The position numbers and the translations under genes are program-made. The notes under the pieces are model-generated. The model saw only the letters and a program-made list of their open reading frames with translations, did not search any database and was not told the origin of the DNA. 46,503 nucleotides of DNA from Gammaproteobacteria bacterium. Its GTDB lineage: Bacteria > Pseudomonadota > Gammaproteobacteria > JAADHQ01. The stretch is taken from the NCBI GenBank assembly GCA_013151795.1, contig JAADHQ010000040.1, positions 1 to 46,503 of the forward strand. The letters are read 5' to 3'. How positions within the stretch are numbered: the stretch's first letter is position 1; each line of letters opens with the position of its first letter. Below are positions 36,055 to 45,208 of this stretch, piece after piece.

Positions 36055-37326
36055 TTAGTGGTCATGTGAGGCGCCGGATTTTTCAATATCGGCTTTAATC
36101 ACATAGCTGTTTTCGCTAACGTAAGTCGTGCCCGTTTCTAAACCGCCTAGCACTTCAATCCACTCGCTATCCTGTCGGCCCAGTTCCAGCATACGCACTT
36201 CATACTCTTCCCCTATTTGTGCATAGACCACAGTAAAATCTCTAAAGGTTTGTAGGCCTGAGCGTTTCACCGCCAGAGAGACGGGAATTTCTGCGACTTT
36301 AATTTTGGCTTGCACATAACTGCCAGGTAAAAACTGGCCATTTTTATTATCAACCACCAGCCGGGCAATAACTGACTGATTGGTTTCAGCCAATATGTTT
36401 ATCAGAGCAATTTTGCCTTTAAAAGATCGGGTTTTATTTGCCAATGTGAAACTGACAGGAGCTCCCACTTTGATGCGTGGTTGATTTGCCGGGAATATGG
36501 ATAAATCGACCCAGACATTGGATGTATCAGCAATTATAAACAGGCTTTTCCCATCCGTCTGTTCACCTGCATTCGCATTGCGCTGGATGATGGTGCCACT
36601 AATAGGGGCTTTGATGTTGTAAAGCTTAAGACTTTCGTTACTTTCCACGTTAGCCAGTACCTGGCCTTTGTGAACCGTATCACCCATGGAAACTGAAACG
36701 GATTTAATGACTCCAGCAAAACGCGCACTAACATGACTCATCTGCTCTGTATTGACGGTGATTTTGCCGAACACATTTATGGTTTGTTGCAACACAATTG
36801 GCCCTGCGATATTTGTGTTGATTTCCAGTTCTTTAGCGACGGACATTTCAATTTTTGTGCGACCTTCAAAATTATCGTATTGCCAGGTATATTGTTTACC
36901 GTTATAACTTGCATCAATATTCACGATAAATGAATGGGGTTCATAAATAACACTATCACCCCGTAGTGCATCGCCATGAGGTTTAAAGTTTATTTTATCT
37001 ACTTTCCCACCAAGGCGAGTCAGCATAATTTCAAGTTCAACCTCTGTTGGTTTTAATGGTTGATCTTTAAAGCTTGCCCAGGCACGGAATTCAGGTGGTA
37101 CACCGGTTTCAAAAATAGCTAATTCGAGAGTGAAGTCATCATGCTTTAGTAAACGTCCTCTGTGAGCGCCTTTTTCGATTTCAACTGGCGTGCCGTGCGT
37201 ATTACTGTTTGTACTACTTTGCTCAGTTGCTGAATTTCCACATGCGTTTATTAGCGTGGCTGAACAAATGATGAGTAAACTTTTCACTATCCATTGAGGT
37301 TTAAATAATTTCATAGTAAGTCTCAT
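36055..37326 (-). CDS. czcB: RND periplasmic adaptor (CzcB family), lipoprotein
   Basis: It has an INAC lipobox and barrel-sandwich/beta-barrel adaptor regions, and lies between the OMF and RND genes. Its start overlaps the czcC stop by 4 nt. Confidence 0.8.
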   Translation of the reverse strand: MRLTMKLFKPQWIVKSLLIICSATLINACGNSATEQSSTNSNTHGTPVEIEKGAHRGRLLKHDDFTLELAIFETGVPPEFRAWASFKDQPLKPTEVELEIMLTRLGGKVDKINFKPHGDALRGDSVIYEPHSFIVNIDASYNGKQYTWQYDNFEGRTKIEMSVAKELEINTNIAGPIVLQQTINVFGKITVNTEQMSHVSARFAGVIKSVSVSMGDTVHKGQVLANVESNESLKLYNIKAPISGTIIQRNANAGEQTDGKSLFIIADTSNVWVDLSIFPANQPRIKVGAPVSFTLANKTRSFKGKIALINILAETNQSVIARLVVDNKNGQFLPGSYVQAKIKVAEIPVSLAVKRSGLQTFRDFTVVYAQIGEEYEVRMLELGRQDSEWIEVLGGLETGTTYVSENSYVIKADIEKSGASHDH

Positions 37327-38618
37327 AATTTTTTACCTGCCGGTTGCGTCATGGATACGCCGGTTAAACGTTCGATTTCAATCACTTTTAAATGCGCAGC
37401 AATACTGTCTTCAATTAATGATGTACGTGCATTGAGTAACTCCGCCTGCACGCTGCGCCATTCAAGATAACTATAGCGACCTAAATCATAGGCACGCCGG
37501 GTTTGGGTGAGTGCGGTTTCAAGTCGGGGAATAATTTCCTTGCGATAGGTTTCAACCCGGTGCAAGCTGTGCTGTAATTTTTCAGTCAATACAAACAGCG
37601 TAGTTTCCAGGCGTACGTTGAGTTCATCCTGTAGCGCTTGTGTTTGTGACAGGTTTTCCTGTGCCGTGCGAATGCGCCCCGTGTTCCGACTGCGTTCTCC
37701 AAAGGGAAAGCTAATTCCGGCGACCAATGCCTGATCATTTGTTTGCTCATAATGGCGAACCCCCAGATTCAGTTTCCACTCAGGTTTGCTTTTTGATTGT
37801 GCCAGTTTTAACTGAGCTTGTTTCAGGCGTTTATCTGATAACAGGCGAAGAAAATCCGGGCTCTGTTGAAGTCGTTGTTTCAATGTTTCAAAAGTCAAAG
37901 ACGGCGGAGTGTTAAAAATATCCCCTTCGACTTTGTTAAACCGAGGTTTGACTTCTCCCCATTGTGCCGCCAACAAACGAATCGCCGAACTGAGCTGATA
38001 AGTAATATTTTCACGATCCAGACGTTTTCTTGCCAGCTCAGCCCTGGCTCTTGCCAGTTCAGCATCGGGTGTTTTGCCTGAGTTCACTCGCTTGTCAACC
38101 GCGATAACGGTTCTACTCGCAAGTGCTACTGTTTTATCCGCATTGATCAGATTAGCCTGTTTTGCCAGACAGATAAGATATAATCGTGCGGTTTCAGCCG
38201 CTACATCCAGGCGTTTGATTGTTGTCTCAGTCGATAGAGATAACGCTTCTGCTTGTGCTTCATCGATAAAACGCTGGCGAATTTCACCCTCTAATACCCA
38301 GCCAATATTCATTGTGATTTGAGCACTATCTGTACTTTTGTAATTGCCCGATCCTGAAACATCTTCAATAACAAGGTTAAACTCCGGACTGGCTGACATC
38401 CTGGCCTGCAACACACGTCCCTGTTGTGCTTTAAGTTCATAACTAAACGACTTTAATGCCGGATTATGTGCAAACGTTTTGCTAATGGCCTGACGTAAAT
38501 TAATGGTCTGGGTACCGATATTAAGGTACTGATCATGGACACTCGTTTCAGCTGGTAAAACACTACTGAACAGCAGCAGCGAGCAGCTGAAAAAATAAAT
38601 TTTCGATTTGGATAACAT
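37323..38618 (-). CDS. czcC: Outer-membrane factor (TolC-like, CzcC family)
   Basis: It has a signal peptide and two tandem OEP-type coiled-coil repeats, and is the first gene of the three-gene pump cluster. Confidence 0.8.
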   Translation of the reverse strand: MLSKSKIYFFSCSLLLFSSVLPAETSVHDQYLNIGTQTINLRQAISKTFAHNPALKSFSYELKAQQGRVLQARMSASPEFNLVIEDVSGSGNYKSTDSAQITMNIGWVLEGEIRQRFIDEAQAEALSLSTETTIKRLDVAAETARLYLICLAKQANLINADKTVALASRTVIAVDKRVNSGKTPDAELARARAELARKRLDRENITYQLSSAIRLLAAQWGEVKPRFNKVEGDIFNTPPSLTFETLKQRLQQSPDFLRLLSDKRLKQAQLKLAQSKSKPEWKLNLGVRHYEQTNDQALVAGISFPFGERSRNTGRIRTAQENLSQTQALQDELNVRLETTLFVLTEKLQHSLHRVETYRKEIIPRLETALTQTRRAYDLGRYSYLEWRSVQAELLNARTSLIEDSIAAHLKVIEIERLTGVSMTQPAGKKL

Positions 38619-38785
38619 GCTTCTGTTATCTCCTGTATGGGATAAATATCAGTAACACGCACTTATACATAGACACAGTGTGACTGAGTTTTAATTAAAA
38701 AATAATTTAATAAAGATGCGTAATGAATAAAACATAGTTCGCTCTAAAACATGAGGATTTATGCTGATGATTTATAGATTACGGG

Positions 38786-38810
38786 TTAAAAATCCAGAAC
38801 GAAAGTTCTG
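38786..38810 (-). terminator. Weak hairpin/attenuator between the His-rich ORF and czcC
   Basis: On the minus strand the structure reads CAGAAC-tttc-GTTCTG and is followed by GATTTTTAA. The stem is only 6 bp. Confidence 0.3.
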
Positions 38811-38812
38811 AT

Positions 38813-39238
38813 TTACTTTATTGGAGGCGCGCGCAAGGGTGGTTGGAGTAAATAATAACGAGAGGTAAAGGGGATAATAGATAGTGCTAGTCTGGCTACG
38901 CTCCTCAGGCGAGGGCTGTACAGAAAGAGACAGAAAAAGAGCCAAATAAGCACTAAGAGGTTAAGTAAATTAGTTTTATTCTGTAATTTTTCAGCACTAA
39001 TATCCACAGCGCTAGTGGAATGATTATTCTGGTGATTCGTCAGGTTAAAATCATGCGGGGTTGATTCAGGGTGTATACCAGCGACATGTGTATTCGCATG
39101 TCCATGCCCAGATGAGATAGCGTGATTATCAAGTTCAAGGTGCATGTGCATTTTACTGGCCTGTGATAGCAGCAGCGTAAAGCCAAAGCACAGAATCAGC
39201 AGAATTTTGAGCATCGAATTGTTATGGAGTTTCACCAT
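38813..39238 (-). CDS. Small His-rich membrane-anchored protein upstream of czcCBA (same position as CzcI; function unknown)
   Basis: Starting from ATG 39238, the N-terminal hydrophobic segment is MLKILLILCFGFTLLLSQA. About ten His then occur in about 45 residues (HMHLELDNHAISSGHGHANTHVAGIHPESTPHDFNLTNHQNNH). A second TM segment follows (LLNLLVLIWLFFCLFLY). The start codon is uncertain. Confidence 0.45.
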   Translation of the reverse strand: MVKLHNNSMLKILLILCFGFTLLLSQASKMHMHLELDNHAISSGHGHANTHVAGIHPESTPHDFNLTNHQNNHSTSAVDISAEKLQNKTNLLNLLVLIWLFFCLFLYSPRLRSVARLALSIIPFTSRYYLLQPPLRAPPIK

Positions 39239-39549
39239 GAGTCGGAGTCTACCCGTTGTTTTCACATCATACAAGTAAAGTTGCATTGGTGTAACTCTTG
39301 GCATATTGAGTCTAATTCCAGTGGTATATCAATCTTATTGAACAGGGATAGGGTGGCATTATTATCAAAAGCCTGCTTTCATCAATACATTCCCTGATAG
39401 TTGTACACCTTTCCTGGCTTCTTATTTGAGTCAGGTTGATCTTTAAGCACGCCGGGAACAGGGCCACATAGCGATAGTGAAATATTATTAATGCAGGGGT
39501 TCTGGTTAAATAAAATTGTTGTTTGCTGTAATTGAAACGTCAAATGATA

Positions 39550-41964
39550 TTATCGATTCTCGTAGCGGTTCAGATCAAATAGTCCTGACATAATCGGTTT
39601 GTTTGTCTGGTAAATATCCTGGAACCAGTCTGCCATTTCCCAGAAGAATGGGTCAGTTCGTCTGACGCCATAACGATCAACAAATTTATCATAATCCTCA
39701 TTAGTACGTATTGCTGCACACAAGGTAGCAAATTCTTCAACATCCGCTAGTGCGACCGAGAAAAAGAAATTGGGATAAGAGCCTTCCAGCCATTTTACGA
39801 CGGTCATGGTGTCGTTATCAATATCTGCGCGTTCCCGTTCTCTTGCGTCTGCCAGAAACGAGGTAACATTTTTGTATGCCTTGTTACGTATAAGGCTGTA
39901 GGTAAGATCATCTTCCGGATTATCTGTCTTGACTCTGACGAATGCTACATCAGGAAATGAATGCAATTGTTCTCCCTGTAATAGGGCAACCTTCATCATG
40001 GCTCGATCTGCAATGGTTTTTACCGGCATTTTACGGCAAGTAATTTTGCCACAATGATTCATGGATTTTGTAAGTTGATTGACACCTTTAAGACGGCCCT
40101 TGATGCGTTGGTAGAATTCTTTTTGCGGGTCACTTGTTTGATAGTCTTCGACTGATTTTGTACTTAACCATTCCTGTGGTGCTGAAAATAATTGTTCAAT
40201 TTGTTTTCGTTGTCCAATATACCATTTATCGCGGATTTCCTTGCGCCTGTTAACCGGTAAAAATGCCAGAAATGAATCTTCTCCCTCCATACGTAGAAAA
40301 TCCATATAGATTCTGGTGCTCATGCGATGACCAATGTTGCCATAGATATTGAAATCAGCTACCAGCAAATAATGGATGCGTTCCAGCAATGGGAAATCAA
40401 TTACCCAGGTAGTTTCAGGTTCGTTGCCAACCAGCCCATAAGCTACCGATCCGCTATCGAAATGCCGGAATACAGTGAGTGCAGCATTGGGGTTTTTACC
40501 ATCTCCATCCCAGATAAAACCCATAGCATGTTTGAGTTTATGTGTGCCCATTTTTTTAAACCACGCCTGTTTATGTTCCATATATCGCCGTTGACCTTTC
40601 CAGTAACGGGTCCATATTTTGTACAAATCAAGGTTACTGTCAAAATCTGCGGGTAATTGCAGTTCAGGTGCCATTTTTTCTATAAACCCGGTGTTATTAG
40701 TAATGATAGGTTTATCCGGGTTAAAGAAAACGACCCAGAACTGGTCTTCAATAACATTTAATGCGAGTTGCCCGCGACAGACAGGCCCTTTAATAAAACC
40801 TTCAATGAAGAAATGCGCATCATCGAGCATGAATCGATACCGTGATACAGCAGGTATGGCAGCAAAAACCTTAAAAGGATTAGCTGATATGTCTGCACCA
40901 TAGGGAGGGAACTCAGTGACAGTATAAGCAGGCTTCAGGAACAATTCGCGAAAACGTTCTAATCGTTTATCAGAAAATTTGTAAACGATGTGATTCTTGG
41001 TAACAATACTGGAGTAGTAAGAGAGTAGACGATAATAAAAAGGGGCTTTACCCGGGTCATTATTCGGACGTATTGTTGCAATTTCATCGATTTTCTCACC
41101 TGGCGGTGTTGTGGAGCGAACCAGGCGATAGAATTCACGCTGTGGTGACCCTTTAAAGTGAATATGGGCGTGAAACAGGTGCTCATAAAGGTAACGATTG
41201 ACCAGCCGTTGCTTGAGTGATGTTTTGTTAAAAAATGACTCCCATTTTTTAATTTGTAAGCGAGCTGTTGATGATGGGGCAGGGGGAGCAGGTGACCGAG
41301 ATCCCCTGGCTATCCATGTTGTTAATGTCTGGTGTTCAGGTTCAGATAAGCCTGGCATGGCATAGGGCATGCCCCAAAGTGGGTGTTCTTCGGTATATTC
41401 GTTAACCGAGTCGAGTGTCGGACAAGTTTGTTTCCGGTTAAGCTTCAGGCTGAAACTGTCCGGTAATTTCTTTACATCAGGTTGCGGGTGTTGTTGTTTC
41501 AGTTGTAGCAATCGGTACATAACCGAGTTATCGAGATTATCTTTCTGGTTATTTTCACCTTCATTTAGTACAGGGTAAAAACCTCGGGAACGCCATTGTG
41601 TCGTGTTTTTAGCATCAATAAACAGCCGCGTAGGGGATATGCTGCCAATGCGGCGGGCTTCGTATACGCGCTCTTCTGTGGCGCCACGTTGGATGCCTTC
41701 GCTGGAAGAAAGCTTAAGTTGGCAAGGTGCGTCGTAACAACCATGACAGACTACACAACGGCGTTCCAGTATCGGTTTGACTTGTTTGTCGTAGTTTAAA
41801 TCACCTTTGAGCAGAACGGGTATCTGGGCTGACCGTAAAGGGACTGATTCAGAATTGTTATTGCCGGGTAATGGCAGAATTTTAAGGATAGCCAGACCGA
41901 CCAATAAAACAGCAGATAATATCAGCAGTGTCCGCGAGGTATTTGATATTTTATACCATTTCAT
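39550..41964 (-). CDS. cti: Periplasmic fatty-acid cis/trans isomerase (haem c enzyme)
   Basis: The protein is 804 aa with an N-terminal signal/anchor. The motif CVVCHGCYDAPCQLKL contains a CxxCH haem site, as in Pseudomonas/Vibrio Cti. The conserved C-terminus is LNRYEN. Confidence 0.85.
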   Translation of the reverse strand: MKWYKISNTSRTLLILSAVLLVGLAILKILPLPGNNNSESVPLRSAQIPVLLKGDLNYDKQVKPILERRCVVCHGCYDAPCQLKLSSSEGIQRGATEERVYEARRIGSISPTRLFIDAKNTTQWRSRGFYPVLNEGENNQKDNLDNSVMYRLLQLKQQHPQPDVKKLPDSFSLKLNRKQTCPTLDSVNEYTEEHPLWGMPYAMPGLSEPEHQTLTTWIARGSRSPAPPAPSSTARLQIKKWESFFNKTSLKQRLVNRYLYEHLFHAHIHFKGSPQREFYRLVRSTTPPGEKIDEIATIRPNNDPGKAPFYYRLLSYYSSIVTKNHIVYKFSDKRLERFRELFLKPAYTVTEFPPYGADISANPFKVFAAIPAVSRYRFMLDDAHFFIEGFIKGPVCRGQLALNVIEDQFWVVFFNPDKPIITNNTGFIEKMAPELQLPADFDSNLDLYKIWTRYWKGQRRYMEHKQAWFKKMGTHKLKHAMGFIWDGDGKNPNAALTVFRHFDSGSVAYGLVGNEPETTWVIDFPLLERIHYLLVADFNIYGNIGHRMSTRIYMDFLRMEGEDSFLAFLPVNRRKEIRDKWYIGQRKQIEQLFSAPQEWLSTKSVEDYQTSDPQKEFYQRIKGRLKGVNQLTKSMNHCGKITCRKMPVKTIADRAMMKVALLQGEQLHSFPDVAFVRVKTDNPEDDLTYSLIRNKAYKNVTSFLADARERERADIDNDTMTVVKWLEGSYPNFFFSVALADVEEFATLCAAIRTNEDYDKFVDRYGVRRTDPFFWEMADWFQDIYQTNKPIMSGLFDLNRYENR

Positions 41965-42116
41965 AACAAACCATATATTAACAGAAATATTGTGAGTACG
42001 TTAAAATATTGTATTTTGTTTGCCGAGGAGATGAGATATTTTATAAATAATCGCCTCTGGGTATTGCTGATGCGAAAAGATGTATAAAATTAATTAATCT
42101 ATTATAATCCTGCGCT

Positions 42117-42917
42117 ATGAATACAATACCTTACCTTATCGATTCTCATTGCCATCTGGATCGTCTTGAACTATCAAAGCACGATGGTGATTTATCTCTC
42201 GCGCTTGACATGGCAAAACAAAATGGCGTAGGACACATGTTATGTGTATCAATTGGCCTGAAAGATTATCCGGCCATGCTTGAAAAAGTAATGCCATTTC
42301 CCCAGGTGTCTGTTTCTGTTGGCGTGCACCCAAATGAACAGGATGGTATCGAGCCGACAGTCGATATGCTTGTAGACATGGCAAAAAATAAAAAGGTTGT
42401 TGCCATTGGTGAAACAGGCCTTGACTATTTTCGTTCCGAAGGTGATCTGGATTGGCAACGTGATCGTTTCAGGGTTCATATAGAAGCTTCCAAACAGACC
42501 GGAAAACCATTGATTATTCACACTCGTGAAGCCAGAGAGGATACGTTGGCAATCATGAAATCCGAGAAAGCTAACGAGGCGGGTGGTGTGATGCATTGTT
42601 TTGCTGAAGACTGGGAAACGGCCAAACAAGCACTGGATCTGGGTTTTTATATATCATTTTCCGGTATCGTGACATTCAAGAATGCCAAAGACTTGCAGGA
42701 AGTTGCCAAAAAAGTACCGTTGGATAAAATGCTGGTCGAAACAGATTCTCCTTATCTTGCACCCGTCCCTAATCGTGGAAAACCTAATGAGCCTGCATAT
42801 GTTTTGTTTGTAGCTGAAAAAATTGCTGAATTACGTGGAATGTCTCTGGAAGAAGTTGCCAGTATCACTACAAATAATTATAAGCAATTGTTCAAGTGGG
42901 ATTCGACCAGCCTGTAA
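42117..42917 (+). CDS. ycfH: TatD-family metal-dependent hydrolase (YcfH type)
   Basis: It has IDSHCHLD, GETGLDY and H/D metal ligands, and is 266 aa. In related genomes this gene normally follows holB/pilZ. Confidence 0.8.
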   Translation: MNTIPYLIDSHCHLDRLELSKHDGDLSLALDMAKQNGVGHMLCVSIGLKDYPAMLEKVMPFPQVSVSVGVHPNEQDGIEPTVDMLVDMAKNKKVVAIGETGLDYFRSEGDLDWQRDRFRVHIEASKQTGKPLIIHTREAREDTLAIMKSEKANEAGGVMHCFAEDWETAKQALDLGFYISFSGIVTFKNAKDLQEVAKKVPLDKMLVETDSPYLAPVPNRGKPNEPAYVLFVAEKIAELRGMSLEEVASITTNNYKQLFKWDSTSL

Positions 42918-43074
42918 TTTCTGATAAGAAAATTAACTTGAGTTAACGACGGTAAATACGTGAATGTGAATTATTCACTGGTTTGCAGGTAATATATTAC
43001 ATTAATTTCTTTCCGGATAATTGATTCTATCACTATGCAATAGTGCATATAACCAAGGTTTCAAGGAGAGAAAA

Positions 43075-43350
43075 ATGAAGACTAATTTACAAGTAACAGG
43101 ACTATTCTGTACAGTTATATTACTAACGGCAACCATCACCACTAACGCAAGTGAAAATGACAGGAAGCAAATTGAAAATCAGAATAACCATAAAGTATTA
43201 TTATCATCTAATAACAGTCACTCAATAACAGGTGATGTAAATACTGTTATTTCTGGCGGACAGTTACACAATGAAGGTGATGGTAAAAACAGCACCATAG
43301 ATAATGATTTTGATCGTTCGTTTCCAGCTTCGTGGGACGAGGCTTATTAG
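43075..43350 (+). CDS. Small secreted hypothetical protein
   Basis: ATG 43075 is preceded by AAGGAGAG. The signal peptide is MKTNLQVTGLFCTVILLTATITTNA. Confidence 0.45.
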   Translation: MKTNLQVTGLFCTVILLTATITTNASENDRKQIENQNNHKVLLSSNNSHSITGDVNTVISGGQLHNEGDGKNSTIDNDFDRSFPASWDEAY

Positions 43351-43429
43351 TCAAGTAATTTTATTGTGTTGATATATTGATTCAAGCATGCCTTCAATAA
43401 ACATTGGAGGTATGTTTGCCGTTTTGCGA

Positions 43430-45208
43430 TCAATGTCCTTTATACATCGCTTCAATACACTCCTGATTATCATTGATAATCGATTTTCTTCTGGGTTTCA
43501 GTGTGGGTGTTAACATACCGTTTTCTATGGTCCATGGAGTTTTGCATATGCTTATTTTATGTATACGCGCGTAACCTGGAAATTTTTCCATTTTAATCTG
43601 GATATGATTCAGCAGTGTTTCAGTTATATCCGGATTGTCTTTCAACATTTCGTGATTCGGGATAACAAGCGCACTGAGATAGGGGCGTCCTTCACCGATT
43701 ACAATTACATTTTCAAAGAATGGATCCTGTATAATGGCTTGCTCTAATTCGCCGGGCGGAATTTTCTCGCCGTTTGAGAGTACAATAATATCTTTCAAGC
43801 GACCGGTAATATAAATTTTATTATTGCTGATGCGTGCCTGATCACCGGTATGTAACCAGCCATCACTGTCTATTGCTTCTTTAGTCGCTTTGTCATTTTT
43901 CCAGTATCCTTGCATTAAACTTTTACCCCGTACCAGGAGTTCGTCATTGTTACCAATTTTTATTTCAACGCCGGGTAGTGGTTCACCAACACCGCGTGGG
44001 TCGTTATCATCGAGTCGATTGACACTAATAACGGGGCTGAATTCAGTCAGTCCATAACCCTGCGCAATATTTATACCTACGGATATGAATAATTGTGCAA
44101 TGTGGTATTCAAGTGCAGCGCCACCACTAATGGCAAATCTGAAGTTATTTCCAAATTTTTCACGTATTTTTCGGAAAAATAGCCGGTCAAAAACAGGGAG
44201 TAATAAAAATGATAGTTTCCATTTTTGTTTATGCTGTGTGTACATGAATTTTTGCCAGGCCAGAGCGATAGCGTAATTAAAAACAGCCTTAAGGATTTTG
44301 CCTTTATCTGCGATAGCCTGTTCAACCTTGAGGTAGACACGTTCAAATATTCTGGGCACTGAAATAAGTAACGACGGGTTTTGTGATAAAAAATCTTCTG
44401 CCAGATCGGTAATAGAACGTGAAAAGCTTACTTTTGAACCACTTAGCATGGGTAAATAATAACCGATGGTTCTTTCAAGCATATGTGACATCGGTAAAAA
44501 AGATAAAAAATGATCGTAAGGATAAATATCAATGCTGTGTACGCCTGCCCAGGCATCCTCGATTATATTGCCATGAGATAACATCACACCCTTTGCTTTA
44601 CCGGTTGTGCCAGAGGTATAGACAATGCTGGCCAGGTTATCCATTGTAGTAGTGTTATTTATCGGACGGGTTTCTATGTCATGTGTCCAGTCTTCTATTG
44701 TAAGAATACGTGGATCCTGTTTGTCGGGGTCAATTGTTTCCAGGCTTAAAATGCGTTTTATATCATTAAATTTATGTTTTATCGGTGAAAGTATATCCCA
44801 GTGTTGGTTGCCCTCAAGAAAAATACATTGGGCATCTGAATTTTCAAGTATGTAGGCAATATTTTCAGCCCGGTCTTCCGTGTAGAGGGGGACAACAACT
44901 AGCCCACACGCGAAGCTGGCTTGTTCAAAAATAACCCATTCCAGAGAGTTTTTAATCAGAATGGCAACACGATCACCTTTTTTAAAACCCTCTTTTTTCA
45001 GTGCGCTGGCCCACAGTTGAATCATATTCTCGCAAGAACGCCAGCTTATTTTTTTCCAGCAGTGATCCGTATCTGAATAATATTCATAGGCTGTCATGTT
45101 GGCTGATAGCTCAACACGTGCCTGAAAAAGTTCCCGAAGATTGTTAACAGATTCAGGTGAAATATAATCTGTTTGTTTAGCGATACTCAGCAAAGTAATT
45201 TTTCCCAA
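43430..45208 (-). CDS. Long-chain acyl-CoA synthetase (AMP-forming)
   Basis: The AMP-binding motifs YTSGTTGKAKGV, GYGLTE and TGD are present. The protein is 592 aa. Confidence 0.8.
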   Translation of the reverse strand: MGKITLLSIAKQTDYISPESVNNLRELFQARVELSANMTAYEYYSDTDHCWKKISWRSCENMIQLWASALKKEGFKKGDRVAILIKNSLEWVIFEQASFACGLVVVPLYTEDRAENIAYILENSDAQCIFLEGNQHWDILSPIKHKFNDIKRILSLETIDPDKQDPRILTIEDWTHDIETRPINNTTTMDNLASIVYTSGTTGKAKGVMLSHGNIIEDAWAGVHSIDIYPYDHFLSFLPMSHMLERTIGYYLPMLSGSKVSFSRSITDLAEDFLSQNPSLLISVPRIFERVYLKVEQAIADKGKILKAVFNYAIALAWQKFMYTQHKQKWKLSFLLLPVFDRLFFRKIREKFGNNFRFAISGGAALEYHIAQLFISVGINIAQGYGLTEFSPVISVNRLDDNDPRGVGEPLPGVEIKIGNNDELLVRGKSLMQGYWKNDKATKEAIDSDGWLHTGDQARISNNKIYITGRLKDIIVLSNGEKIPPGELEQAIIQDPFFENVIVIGEGRPYLSALVIPNHEMLKDNPDITETLLNHIQIKMEKFPGYARIHKISICKTPWTIENGMLTPTLKPRRKSIINDNQECIEAMYKGH

